Assembly (NCBI GenBank): GCA_959020035.1
Contig: CAUEQX010000001.1
Location: 409 to 64,408 of the forward strand
DNA from: an uncultured Collinsella sp.
GTDB taxonomy: Bacteria; Actinomycetota; Coriobacteriia; Coriobacteriales; Coriobacteriaceae
Reading direction: 5' to 3'
DNA length: 64,000 bases
Part shown: positions 1-11,958 of the stretch, piece by piece
Position numbering within the stretch: position 1 is the stretch's first letter
Layout: every line of letters starts with the position of its first letter
The notes under the pieces: generated by a model
Told to the model about the DNA's origin: nothing
Databases searched by the model: none
The model's input: only the letters and a program-made list of their open reading frames with translations
Position numbers and translations under genes: made by a program

Positions 1-1269
1 GTCATCCTCGAATGCCAAACGCAAGCCATCCATATGACTAACGTTTTGCGGCACCTTGCCACAAATCGACTTGGGGTTTACGCCCGGCAGCAGGGTTCGT
101 AACGTTTCGGCATCTTCGGCCTCAAGGCGCAAATCCCGTCGACCGTAACTCGTCTTACCAAAACTGTCCTCGAGTTGGTCGACCAGAACGCCCAAAGGCG
201 CGTCCGTCTTAGCCATAAGCTCACACAGAATCAGACAGGCGAGGATTCCATCGCGCTCGGGCATATGCGCGGCGATGCCGATACCACCGGCTTCTTCACC
301 GCCTATGAGGACGCCGCCCTTCTTCATCTCCGCCGCTATATATTTGAAACCGACTGGTTTGACGGTCACGCGGCAGCCAAGCGCCTCGGCAATGCGACGC
401 ACGAGCGTCGAGCATGAAAGATTGACGACGACGCGCCCCTCCAAATTACGAAATTGAACCAAGTCGCCCAAAACGAGCGCCATGATCTGATGCGGATGTA
501 TATATCTGCCGCGCTCGTCAACCGCACCGATACGGTCGGCGTCGCCGTCGGTCACCAGACCAGCGCAAGCTCCGTCATCGATAACCGTGCGCTCGCAAGC
601 GTCCACCCAAGGCTCAACGGGGTCGGGGCAGATATCTTCTTGGTCAGACGCCTGCCCGGCGTGAATCTCGTGCACCTCAACGCCAAGCTCGCGCAGCAAG
701 TCGGCTAGATAACCCTGGGCTGCGCCGCCCATGGGATCGACAACCACGCGCAGGTGCGCGCCGCGGATGGCTTCGGCATCGACAAACGATGCCACCGCCT
801 GCATATAGTCAGGAATGATATCCGCGGTGCGATATTGCCCCTCGATCCCCATTGGCTCGGGAGCCATGGTCTCTTCGAGCTCTTCGATGACATCCTGGTT
901 GGCGGTCGAGCCGTCACCCATGCGAATCTTGAGGCACAGATAACCCTGCGGATGATGGGACCCCGTCACCATGAGCGCGCCGCACGCCTCACCGTCATAA
1001 GCCGCCGCCCACGTAAGGGCAGGGGTCGGAACAGGTCGCGAAGCGAGCACGGCGTCCAGCCCGTGCGCTGCTAGCACGCCCGCCGCAAGCTCAGCGAACT
1101 CGCTCGCCAGGGGCCGGGTGTCGAACCCTATATATACCGTTTTGCCCGGATTGGTCTTTTGCCACAACTCGCCGACGGCATCGGCGATACGGGCAACGTT
1201 ATCGGCAGTGAAGTCCTCATCGACGCGAGCGCGCCAACCGTCAGTTCCAAAATGAATTATCGCGCACAC
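1..1269 (-). CDS. Phosphoglucomutase/phosphomannomutase-family phosphohexomutase, 3' end runs off the window
   Basis: Not in the ORF track (no stop in window). Manual translation from GTG at 1269 (GAGGTG RBS) gives IIHFGTDGWRA...GFDTR...PTP...TGSHHP...TDGDADRIG, i.e. the FGTDG, phospho-Ser loop and DxDxDR motifs. Confidence 0.9.
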   Translation of the reverse strand, partial: MCAIIHFGTDGWRARVDEDFTADNVARIADAVGELWQKTNPGKTVYIGFDTRPLASEFAELAAGVLAAHGLDAVLASRPVPTPALTWAAAYDGEACGALMVTGSHHPQGYLCLKIRMGDGSTANQDVIEELEETMAPEPMGIEGQYRTADIIPDYMQAVASFVDAEAIRGAHLRVVVDPMGGAAQGYLADLLRELGVEVHEIHAGQASDQEDICPDPVEPWVDACERTVIDDGACAGLVTDGDADRIGAVDERGRYIHPHQIMALVLGDLVQFRNLEGRVVVNLSCSTLVRRIAEALGCRVTVKPVGFKYIAAEMKKGGVLIGGEEAGGIGIAAHMPERDGILACLILCELMAKTDAPLGVLVDQLEDSFGKTSYGRRDLRLEAEDAETLRTLLPGVNPKSICGKVPQNVSHMDGLRLAFEDD

Positions 1270-1393
1270 GCGCAGACACCTCACAGTGTTTGGATCATGG
1301 TACGCGTGAGGTATACCCGCAACACGCACTCAGCAACCTGCCGGCACCAGCATTCACCATTTGGGCAAATGCTGCCGAGGACATGCAAGCAAT

Positions 1394-1422
1394 AAAAAAA
1401 CCGCCCCGTATGGAGCGGTTTT
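1394..1422 (-). terminator. Intrinsic terminator after homocysteine methyltransferase gene
   Basis: Minus strand AAAACCGCTCC-ATAC-GGGGCGGTTTTTTT: GC stem plus U tract just after the stop at 1428. Confidence 0.75.
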
Positions 1423-1427
1423 GCCCT

Positions 1428-2321
1428 TTATATATCGAGCGCCTCGGCCATCGCTGCCGTAGTGATTGCCGTGGTTCCACAGCAACTGCCCACCATTGCG
1501 GCGCCGGCATGTCTCCATTCGATGCATGCGCGCGCGAAAGCTTCGGGATTCTCGTGCCATACGGGGCCATCCTGAGTCTGGACCGGATCGCCTACGTTGG
1601 GACGCACCGTAACGGGAGTAGTCGCCGATGCAACCATCCTGGGCACCGCCGCATTCGCGGCCGCAAGCGAACAGCAATTAACACCAACCGAGTTTGCGCC
1701 GTGTTTTTCGGCGTACAAAACGGCTGCCTCGATGTTGAGGCCATCGCCCAGCAGGTCGCCTTTATCGTCAACGACAAAACTCACCAGAACAGGCATGCCG
1801 TCGGCGGCATCTCGGGCGCCGGCAAGCATGGGCTGCAGATTACGGATAGACGTCACCGTCTCGATCAGCAGACCGTCAACACCAGCATTGAGCAAGGCGT
1901 GCGCCTGTTCGCGCGCAATGCCGCGGATTTCACGATACTCGACAGAGTCCTCGGCAAACCACTCAATACCGATCGGGCCCATCGAGCCCAGCAGTAGCTG
2001 AGGGTGCGCCTGGCGGGCATCGTCGACGGCCCCGCGATTGACCTCCGCCACGGACGGCGCAATCTGGTCGTGCTTGAGGGCATAGCTCGATGCCTGAAAG
2101 GTATTGGTAATGAGCACCTGCGCGCCGGCGGCGACATACAAGCGATGGATACGAGAAACGGTCTGCGGCTCTGCCAGATTCCAAAACGCCGGTGGAATGT
2201 CGGCGGCATCGTACTCACTCAACAAAACACTGCCCATGGGGCCCTGCGCCAACAAGGTCTCGCTCGACAAGCGGCGCGTAAGTTCCTCGGCACCAAAGCG
2301 GTTGTAATAACTCGTATCCAT
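1428..2321 (-). CDS. Homocysteine S-methyltransferase family protein (stand-alone)
   Basis: GPMGS, IHRLYVAAGAQVLITNTF, GSMGP, LIET, GVNC and GSCCG zinc-ligand motifs. Confidence 0.85.
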   Translation of the reverse strand: MDTSYYNRFGAEELTRRLSSETLLAQGPMGSVLLSEYDAADIPPAFWNLAEPQTVSRIHRLYVAAGAQVLITNTFQASSYALKHDQIAPSVAEVNRGAVDDARQAHPQLLLGSMGPIGIEWFAEDSVEYREIRGIAREQAHALLNAGVDGLLIETVTSIRNLQPMLAGARDAADGMPVLVSFVVDDKGDLLGDGLNIEAAVLYAEKHGANSVGVNCCSLAAANAAVPRMVASATTPVTVRPNVGDPVQTQDGPVWHENPEAFARACIEWRHAGAAMVGSCCGTTAITTAAMAEALDI

Positions 2322-2331
2322 ATATATCCCG

Positions 2332-2754
2332 CTATTCCTCGACGCTGATTCCCTGCTTTTCGAGATAGGCGAGCCAGCGGCTCATCGTGTCCTCGGATAG
2401 CGCATGCTCCATCATGCAGGCCTCGGAATCGGCTCGCTCAAATTCGACACCGAGCTCCTGAACCAAAAACGTGCGGATGAGGCGATGACGGTACCAGATA
2501 GCCGTGCCAACCTCGCGGCCGCGATCGGTCAGGATCACCTTGCCGTAGTGCGATTGCTCGACAAGCTCGGATGCCTTGAGAGCCGAAACCGCTTTATTGA
2601 CCGATGCCTTGGAGACGCCAAGGCGCTGCGCGATGTCGACCGATCGAACGCCGTTGGTTTCCCCCTCTTCGCTTTCAATGCGAACCATGCACTCCAAGTA
2701 GTCTTCGTTCGCCACCGTCAGATGTAGTTCGCGCGAGCTATTTGTCGTATCCAT
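2332..2754 (-). CDS. DtxR/MntR family metal-dependent transcriptional regulator
   Basis: EDYLE, wHTH (DIAQRLGVSKASV), RHRLI..FL and EACMMEHALS motifs; start at ATG 2754. Confidence 0.9.
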   Translation of the reverse strand: MDTTNSSRELHLTVANEDYLECMVRIESEEGETNGVRSVDIAQRLGVSKASVNKAVSALKASELVEQSHYGKVILTDRGREVGTAIWYRHRLIRTFLVQELGVEFERADSEACMMEHALSEDTMSRWLAYLEKQGISVEE

Positions 2755-2874
2755 GATCTTCCGTCCCTTCTGCATTCAATGGCTGATTCTACCCCATCCA
2801 AGCGTCGCGGTATGCCGTGGCATACCGTGCTAGAGTTCTTGTTGCACACGACGACCAAGATTGGAGCGGTCTTT

Positions 2875-4122
2875 ATGGAAAACACCACCACGAACCCCGA
2901 TGTCCTCGAGCGCTTTTTGCGCTACGTCCAGATCAACACGCAGTCCGAGGATGCAAACTGCGACCAGGTACCCTCGAGCGCCGTTCAGTTTGACCTTGCC
3001 AACGTGCTGGCTGAAGAGCTGCGCGAGCTTGGTGCGGAAGATGCCCACGTGACCGAGCACGCCTATGTCTGCGCGCATATCCCCGCAAGTGCGGGCGCTG
3101 AGGACAAGCCCGCCCTGGGCCTGATCGCCCATCTCGACACCACCGAAGTTGCACCGGGTGCCGGCGTGAAACCGCACATCGTACACTACGAAGGCGGCGA
3201 CCTGGTCTGCGGCACGGTTGACGGTAAGCCCGTTGCCATGAGTACCGCCAAGCTTCCCGCCCTGAACGACCTCGCAGGTGAGGACCTGGTCTGCAGCGAT
3301 GGCACCACGCTGCTGGGCGCGGACGACAAGGCAGGCGTCGCCGAGATCATGTCGCTTGTCGCGCGTATCGCTCAGGACCCTTCTCTGCCCCATCCCGCAC
3401 TCGGCATTTGCTTCTGCCCTGACGAGGAGATCGGCCACGGAGCCGAGCTGTTGGATATCGATACCTTTGGCTGCAAGTACGCCTACACGGTCGACGGCGG
3501 CCCCATCGGCGAACTGGAGTGGGAATGCTTTAACGCCGCCGAGGCGACCGTCTGCTTTGAGGGCCAGTCCATCCACCCGGGCGACGCTAAGGGCCGTATG
3601 GTCAACGCAGGCAATCTGTTCTGCGACTTCAACGCGTTGCTCCCCTACGTACAGCGCCCGGAGTATACGGAAGGCTACGAGGGCTTTTATCACCTTGAGG
3701 GTGTATCTGCGACCGTCGATCACGCCACAGCGCGCTATATCGTCCGCGACCATGACGCCGCCAAGTTCCAGCAGAAACTCGACCTTATTTATGCCGCTGC
3801 CTCGATGCTCAACCAGCGTCTGGGTGAGGAGCGCGTGACGGTCGAGATTAAGCAGCAGTATCGAAATATGGCCGAGATCGTTCGTGACTATCCCGAGCTT
3901 ATTGATGTTGCCAAGGAAGCCTACCTTGCCTGCGGCGTTGAGCCCCAAGTGCTGCCAATTCGTGGCGGCACCGACGGCGCCCAGCTGTCGTTCCGCGGTC
4001 TGCCCTGCCCCAACCTTTCCACCGGCGGCTATTGCTACCACGGCGTCAACGAGTTCGTCCCGGTCAGTTCGCTCGTCAAGATGACCGACGTCCTGCAGGA
4101 GCTCGTCGCCCGCTTTGCATAA
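2875..4122 (+). CDS. pepT: Peptidase T (tripeptide aminopeptidase)
   Basis: RFLRYVQINTQS, AHLDT, LGADDKAG, PDEEIG, HPG.AK, IRGGTDG; ATG 2875 after GGAG. Confidence 0.95.
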   Translation: MENTTTNPDVLERFLRYVQINTQSEDANCDQVPSSAVQFDLANVLAEELRELGAEDAHVTEHAYVCAHIPASAGAEDKPALGLIAHLDTTEVAPGAGVKPHIVHYEGGDLVCGTVDGKPVAMSTAKLPALNDLAGEDLVCSDGTTLLGADDKAGVAEIMSLVARIAQDPSLPHPALGICFCPDEEIGHGAELLDIDTFGCKYAYTVDGGPIGELEWECFNAAEATVCFEGQSIHPGDAKGRMVNAGNLFCDFNALLPYVQRPEYTEGYEGFYHLEGVSATVDHATARYIVRDHDAAKFQQKLDLIYAAASMLNQRLGEERVTVEIKQQYRNMAEIVRDYPELIDVAKEAYLACGVEPQVLPIRGGTDGAQLSFRGLPCPNLSTGGYCYHGVNEFVPVSSLVKMTDVLQELVARFA

Positions 4123-4148
4123 GCCTGGCTGCATAAGCCCAAAAGACG

Positions 4149-4187
4149 AATCGCCCCGTCCTCAACCGAGAACGGGACGATTTTTTT
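4149..4187 (+). terminator. Intrinsic terminator of pepT
   Basis: Imperfect stem AATCGCCCCGTCCTC/GAGAACGGGACGATT followed by a T run. Confidence 0.7.
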
Positions 4188-4232
4188 GCTGCAACGAGAA
4201 CAGGTTGACGCACGCCAGCCTCTTAACGCAAG

Positions 4233-4332
4233 GAGTGTCCCAAACTGCCGGCACATAAGAAACGTCCCCAAGTGCCAAGTGCATCAAGAGTGTCCCCTTT
4301 GACCAGTCGTTTAAGAACGTCCCCAATGACTA
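4233..4332. repeat. Four tandem ~27-bp REP-like units (family 1, core AGARYGTCCC)
   Basis: GTCCC cores at 4237, 4264, 4292, 4319 (period 27/28/27). Two units have self-complementary flanks (GGCAC..GTGCC; AGTCGTT..AATGACT). Confidence 0.7.
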
Positions 4333-4336
4333 ACGT

Positions 4337-4500
4337 CGCAGGTTGAGGACGGGCAGCGAGCGGGTCGCATTTGAGACAAGGTGACGTGAAACGAAAGGGC
4401 GCTGACCTTCTGGTCGCGCCCTTGAAGTTGAACGTCAGATTGTCCAAATGCGGCCCGCGCAGCGTCAAGCGGTTACGCGGTTTGGTAAAACCGCGTAACT
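4337..4500 (+). repeat. Dispersed structured element, copy A (rod plus terminal hairpin)
   Basis: Shares blocks CGCAGGTTGAG, AGGTGACGTGAAA, TTGAACGTCAGATTG, GCAGCGTC and GTTAC..TTTGGTAAAAC..GTAACT with 19951-20115; ends at the LCP stop codon. Confidence 0.8.
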
Positions 4501-5741
4501 TAGTAGTTGGCTTCGTAGCCGTTGCCGTCGCCGGTGGGTTCTTCGTAGTAGTCCGAATCGCTCGAATCGCTTGAGTCATCGGAATCGTCAGAGCTGACCG
4601 ATGAGGTTGCGGTACCGTTTGCGTAGTCGTCAGACGTGTTGTTGTTCAGGTCGCCGATCGTAGAGCTGGAACCGTCGGAAAGACCCATGGTGTTGGGACC
4701 CTTGGGATCCTTGCCGGCATCGACGCGCTCCATCATTTCCTTGAGCTCGTCCTCGTAGACAAAGACGTAGCTCACACCGTCGATCATGGTGCTGTCGTCG
4801 GCGTACGAGGGCAGGTTGGCCGAGTAGATACCGTCGACATCCATACCGCGCATGGCGTTGACCGTAGCCACGATATCCTGAACGCTCATATCGGTTACAA
4901 GCATATCGGACAGCGAATTAACCAGGCCAAAGATCTTCGTGGCATCGAAGTTATTGAGAATCTGGTTGGCAAGGGCGCCAAGCACCTGACGCTGGTGGCG
5001 CATGCGCGTGTAATCGCCGTCGGCATAGGTGTAGCGGCAGCGGGCATAGGTAAGGGCGGTGGCACCGTCCATATGCTGCTGGCCAGCGGTAATCTTAATA
5101 TCCAGGTGCTCGGGGTCGTCAACATCATCGGTTGCGTTAATGTCGATACCGCCAACCGAATCAATCAGCGCCTGCATACCGTCGAAGCTGACCTCGGCAT
5201 AGTGGGAAATCTGAACACCGCACAGCTCGTTGACCGCCTCGACCATGGCCTCGGCGCCGCCAACGGTATGGCAGGCGTTGATCTTCATGGTCTCGCCCTT
5301 GTACTCGACCTTGGTGTCGCGCGGAACGGAAATGAGCGTCGCCTGCTTTTGCGTGGGGTCGATGCGTGCCAGGATAATCGAGTCGGCACGATACGTATCC
5401 TCGCCCGGACGGCCGTCGGTGCCAAGAAGCAGCACGTAGAACGGATCCTTTGCCTCATCGGTGTCAACCAGAACCCGACGCAGATTATCGGTAATGACAT
5501 TAGAATCGCCGAGCTTGCCCATAATGGTGGCAAACCACAGGCCGGCAGCGGTAGTGGCACTCAGCAGCACACCAAGCACGACAATGAGCGCGACGTGACG
5601 AATCGTGTGGCTACGACGACGTTGACGAGCGCGCTCGGAATAGCGAGCCACGTTATCGCGACTGTAGATCTTGGCCTGCGCACCAGTTGAGGGTCTTCGG
5701 GCGGTGGTATCCGCGAGGGGCTTTTTATTAAACATAGGCAA
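4500..5741 (-). CDS. LCP (LytR-CpsA-Psr) family glycopolymer transferase
   Basis: N-terminal TM helix, LLLGTD.R, RADSII, SVPRD, KINA, ARCR, DYTRMRHQ; start could be ATG 5735. Confidence 0.92.
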   Translation of the reverse strand: MPMFNKKPLADTTARRPSTGAQAKIYSRDNVARYSERARQRRRSHTIRHVALIVVLGVLLSATTAAGLWFATIMGKLGDSNVITDNLRRVLVDTDEAKDPFYVLLLGTDGRPGEDTYRADSIILARIDPTQKQATLISVPRDTKVEYKGETMKINACHTVGGAEAMVEAVNELCGVQISHYAEVSFDGMQALIDSVGGIDINATDDVDDPEHLDIKITAGQQHMDGATALTYARCRYTYADGDYTRMRHQRQVLGALANQILNNFDATKIFGLVNSLSDMLVTDMSVQDIVATVNAMRGMDVDGIYSANLPSYADDSTMIDGVSYVFVYEDELKEMMERVDAGKDPKGPNTMGLSDGSSSTIGDLNNNTSDDYANGTATSSVSSDDSDDSSDSSDSDYYEEPTGDGNGYEANY

Positions 5742-5747
5742 CCTGTA

Positions 5748-7031
5748 TTAGTAGATGACGGGATCGGGGACGGAAGCATGCTCGACATGCGCGCCGAGCG
5801 CCTGCAGCTTTTCGACAAACTGCTCGTAGCCGCGCTTGATGTGATGGATGGCCGAAACCTCGGTCGTCCCGTCGGCGATCAAGCCCGCTACGACGAGGGC
5901 CGCTCCGCCACGCAGATCGGGCGAGGTAACCTGTGCACCCGAGAAGCCCTTAACGCCATGAATCATGGCATGATGGCTCTCGATACGAATGTCGGCACCC
6001 ATGCGCACCAGCTCAGAGGCAAACATAAAGCGATTCTCGAAGATGTTCTCGGTAATAACGGAACTGCCGTCGGCAAGGGCGGAGAGCACCATAATCTGCG
6101 CCTGCATGTCCGTCGGGAAGCCGGGGAACGGAAGCGTCTGGATGTCGACCGGCTTGATACGCTCGGCACGGTTTACATGGACGCCATCCTCGACGCGCTC
6201 GCAGTCGATACCCATGAGCTCCATCTTCTTGAGCACCATGCCCAAGTGAATGGGGCAAAAGCCCATGACATCGACACCGCGATCGTCGGCCATCAACGCA
6301 CCGGCAACGATAAAGGTACCGGCCTCGATGCGGTCGCCCACTACGCGATGGGTAACAGGATGCAGCTCTTCCACGCCCTCGATGGTCACGACGGGCGTAC
6401 CCGCGCCGACAATCTTGGCGCCCATCTCGTTGAGCATGTTGGCGAGATCGACGATCTCGGGCTCGCGGGCGGCATTGTCGATAACCGTGGTGCCCTGCGC
6501 GCGCACGGATGCCATGATGAGGTTCTCGGTCGCACCGACGCTGGCGAACTCGAGCGTGACGGTGGTACCGCGCAGACCTTGGGGCGCATTAGCGTTGATG
6601 TAGCCGTGGGCGGTATCGAACTCAACGCCCAGGGCCTCAAGACCAAGAATGTGCATATCGATCTTGCGAGCACCCAGGTTGCAGCCGCCCGGCATGGCGA
6701 TCTTGGCGCGATGGAAGCGACCCAGCAGGGGTCCCATCACGGCTGTGGAAGCACGCATCTTGGCAACGAGCTCGTAGGGGGCCTCCCAAGAATCGACCTG
6801 AGAGGTATCAATCTCGAGCGTGTGCTCGTCAAGGACATCGATTGTGGCGCCCATACCCTTGAGCACCTTGCCCATCACGTGGACATCGGAAATATCGGGC
6901 ACGTTCTGCAGCGTCGTCTTGCCCGGCGCCAGAAGCGTTGCCGCCATGAGTTTGAGCGCGGAGTTCTTGGCGCCCGAAACGGGCACGGAGCCTCCGATGG
7001 CGTGGCCACCCTCAACGCGGATAATATCCAA
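5748..7031 (-). CDS. murA: UDP-N-acetylglucosamine 1-carboxyvinyltransferase
   Basis: SGAKNS, MRAS, PGGCNLGAR, SVGATEN, PGFPTDMQ, DLRGGAAL. Confidence 0.97.
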   Translation of the reverse strand: MDIIRVEGGHAIGGSVPVSGAKNSALKLMAATLLAPGKTTLQNVPDISDVHVMGKVLKGMGATIDVLDEHTLEIDTSQVDSWEAPYELVAKMRASTAVMGPLLGRFHRAKIAMPGGCNLGARKIDMHILGLEALGVEFDTAHGYINANAPQGLRGTTVTLEFASVGATENLIMASVRAQGTTVIDNAAREPEIVDLANMLNEMGAKIVGAGTPVVTIEGVEELHPVTHRVVGDRIEAGTFIVAGALMADDRGVDVMGFCPIHLGMVLKKMELMGIDCERVEDGVHVNRAERIKPVDIQTLPFPGFPTDMQAQIMVLSALADGSSVITENIFENRFMFASELVRMGADIRIESHHAMIHGVKGFSGAQVTSPDLRGGAALVVAGLIADGTTEVSAIHHIKRGYEQFVEKLQALGAHVEHASVPDPVIY

Positions 7032-7044
7032 GGTCTACCCTTTC

Positions 7045-7083
7045 AAAAAGCATGCCCGGGATGGCTGGGCCATCCCGGGCATG
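7045..7083 (-). terminator. Terminator-like hairpin after atpC
   Basis: Perfect 15-bp stem CATGCCCGGGATGGC/GCCATCCCGGGCATG followed by CTTTTTG on the minus strand. Confidence 0.7.
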
Positions 7084-7119
7084 ATGTGTTCGCAAATGGT
7101 CGAACGCTAAATCGTTTGA

Positions 7120-7512
7120 CTATTGGGCAAGCTTGAGCTTACACCATGCGATTTCATTATAGAGGTAGGCGCGGCGTGCATCATCCTCCGACAAATTACC
7201 CAGCTTCTCTTCAAAACCTTGAATATCAGCTTTAAGCTTGTCGGCATCGACGGTCGCCAAATCGCAAGCGCGCTCGGCGAGAACGGTCACGACATCGTCC
7301 GCAACCTGGGCATAGCCGCCGGCCACGGCAAACGTGTGGTCGACAGTGCCCATGGCCTTATCGGAAACGCGAACGTAACCGCGGTCGATCGTGCAGATCT
7401 CGCTGGAGTGAGCAGGCAGAACGCCAAACTCGCCATCCGTGGACGGAATCGACACAAACGCAGCGTCGCCCTCATAGGCGCAGCTCACGGGGCACACGAT
7501 GCGGATACGCAT
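7120..7512 (-). CDS. atpC: F1F0 ATP synthase epsilon subunit
   Basis: GEFGVLPAH, AVAGGYAQV; last gene of the atp operon. Confidence 0.93.
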   Translation of the reverse strand: MRIRIVCPVSCAYEGDAAFVSIPSTDGEFGVLPAHSSEICTIDRGYVRVSDKAMGTVDHTFAVAGGYAQVADDVVTVLAERACDLATVDADKLKADIQGFEEKLGNLSEDDARRAYLYNEIAWCKLKLAQ

Positions 7513-7515
7513 AAC

Positions 7516-9878
<2,363 letters not shown>

Positions 9879-9883
9879 GGGGC

Positions 9884-11482
9884 TTAGTTCTCCTCTGATC
9901 CAGAAACATCCGAATGGTGCTTGGCCATGAACTGCTGCTTGAAGTCGCCGATGACGCGCAAGAGCTCAGCCTTGGTGTCATCATCGATCTTCTTGGCGCG
10001 AACCTTGTCGAGCAGCGAGCCAAAGCCATTGTCCATGTACTCGATGAGCTCGGCACGGAAAGGCAGCACGTCGGCAATCTCCAGGTCATCCAGGAAGCCC
10101 TCGTTGCCAGCGAACAGCGTAACGATCTGCTCGCCAACCTCAAACGGCTTGTAGCGCGGCTGCTTCAGGAGCTCGGTCATGCGGGCACCATGGGTCAGCT
10201 GCTTCTGAGTAGCCTCGTCAAGGTCGGAGCCAAACTGCGTAAAGCCAGCGAGCTCCTGATAGGAAGCGAGGTCCAGACGGAGGTTGCCGGCGACCTGCTT
10301 CATGGCCTTGGTCTGCGCATCGCCACCGACGCGGGACACGGAGATACCCACGTCGACTGCCGGGCGCTGACCCTGGAAGAAGAGCTCGGACTGCAGGTAG
10401 ATCTGACCATCGGTAATGGAAATGACGTTGGTCGGAATGTAGGCCGAGACGTCGCCGTCCTGGGTCTCGATGATCGGCAGTGCCGTCATGGAGCCGTAAC
10501 CGTTCTTCTTGGACATCTTGACGGCACGCTCGAGCAGACGAGAGTGCAGGTAGAAGATGTCGCCAGGATAGGCCTCGCGTCCGGGCGGACGATGCAGCGT
10601 CAGCGACATCTGACGGTAGGCCACAGCCTGCTTGGACAGGTCATCGTAGATGACGAGCACGTGGCCGCCGGGGTTGGTCTCGCTGGCGGGCTTGCCGTCC
10701 TCGCCGTTGTACATAAAGAACTCGCCAATAGCGGCACCGGCCATAGGCGCGATGTACTGCATAGGGGCGGAATCGGCAGCGGTGGCCGAAACGATGATGG
10801 TGTAGTCGAGCGCACCGTGCTGAGCGAGGGTCTCGCGGATGTTGGCAACCGTGGAGGCCTTCTGGCCGATGGCGACATAGATGCAGACCATGCCCTTGCC
10901 GCGCTGGTTGAGGATAGCGTCGATGGCGATGGCGGTCTTACCGGTCTTACGGTCACCGATGATGAGCTCACGCTGACCGCGGCCAATAGGCACCATGGAG
11001 TCGATAGCGAGCAGACCGGTCTGAACCGGCTCGCACACCGGGGTACGATCGATGACGCCGGGAGCCTTGAACTCGATGGGGCGACGGTGCGTAGCGACGA
11101 TGTCGCCCAGGCCGTCGATGGGCTGGCCGAGCGGATTGACGACGCGGCCGAGCATGGCACGGCTCACGGGGATATCCATAACGCGGCCAGTGGTGCGGCA
11201 CTCGTCGCCTTCCTTGATGGAGTCGACGGCACCGAACAGAACGGCGCCGACCTCGTCACGGTCAAGGTTCTGGGCAAGGCCGAAGACGGTCTCACCGGTA
11301 TCGGAGCTCTTGAACTCCAGAAGCTCGCCTGCCATGGCGCTCTTGAGGCCGGAGACGCGCGCGATGCCGTCGCCTACCTCGTCGACCGTTGAAACCTCAT
11401 GCGTATCGACCGTCGCGGAGAGGCTCGTGAGCTGCTCCTGCAGTTTCTTGGCGATATCCTGGGCATTGAGGGTTTCGGACAT
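9884..11482 (-). CDS. atpA: F1F0 ATP synthase alpha subunit
   Basis: [28 protein letters not shown]. Confidence 0.99.
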   Translation of the reverse strand: MSETLNAQDIAKKLQEQLTSLSATVDTHEVSTVDEVGDGIARVSGLKSAMAGELLEFKSSDTGETVFGLAQNLDRDEVGAVLFGAVDSIKEGDECRTTGRVMDIPVSRAMLGRVVNPLGQPIDGLGDIVATHRRPIEFKAPGVIDRTPVCEPVQTGLLAIDSMVPIGRGQRELIIGDRKTGKTAIAIDAILNQRGKGMVCIYVAIGQKASTVANIRETLAQHGALDYTIIVSATAADSAPMQYIAPMAGAAIGEFFMYNGEDGKPASETNPGGHVLVIYDDLSKQAVAYRQMSLTLHRPPGREAYPGDIFYLHSRLLERAVKMSKKNGYGSMTALPIIETQDGDVSAYIPTNVISITDGQIYLQSELFFQGQRPAVDVGISVSRVGGDAQTKAMKQVAGNLRLDLASYQELAGFTQFGSDLDEATQKQLTHGARMTELLKQPRYKPFEVGEQIVTLFAGNEGFLDDLEIADVLPFRAELIEYMDNGFGSLLDKVRAKKIDDDTKAELLRVIGDFKQQFMAKHHSDVSGSEEN

Positions 11483-11958
11483 TAGGCTTCACCTCCGTAC
11501 GAATTAGCAGAGTTTGCGAGGGTCTCCTGCGCGATGCGCAGCTGCGTCTTGACGGAAATGTCACGACGCTCGCCGCGGGCCTCGAGCACCAGGCCGCCCA
11601 CGATAGACGGGTCGACCTGCTCGATAAGGAATACCTTGCGGCCGAAGTCCTGCTCGCATTTCTTAGTGATGGTTTGACGCAGCTCGTCGTCGAGCGGGAT
11701 CGCCGTGGTGACGGTCACGCCCACTACATCCTCGTCTTCCTCGGCAACATACTTAAAGGCAGCTGCCACCTTGGGAAGAAGGTCGAGCTGGTCGCGCTTG
11801 GACATGGTGTCGAGCACGGCGATGATCTCGGGGCTGGCAGAAGCCAAGCGCTCGATCATCTCGAGGTCCTCGAACACATGGTTCTCGGCCTTGGCGGCTT
11901 CCAAAAGGGAACGCGCGTAGGTCTCGAGCACCTTGTCCTGATAGCGGCTAGTCGGCAT
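11482..11958 (-). CDS. atpH: F1F0 ATP synthase delta subunit (short)
   Basis: [29 protein letters not shown]; position between atpF and atpA. Confidence 0.88.
   Translation of the reverse strand: MPTSRYQDKVLETYARSLLEAAKAENHVFEDLEMIERLASASPEIIAVLDTMSKRDQLDLLPKVAAAFKYVAEEDEDVVGVTVTTAIPLDDELRQTITKKCEQDFGRKVFLIEQVDPSIVGGLVLEARGERRDISVKTQLRIAQETLANSANSYGGEA

Noticed and set aside
175..1395. Short plus-strand ORFs, or a pseudogene, at the window start
   Set aside because: Explained by the minus-strand phosphohexomutase frame that runs off the window edge.
4337..4500. Calling the structured element a tRNA, SRP, 6S RNA, tmRNA or riboswitch
   Set aside because: Multiple divergent and truncated copies located at gene 3' ends, without the diagnostic motifs of those RNAs.
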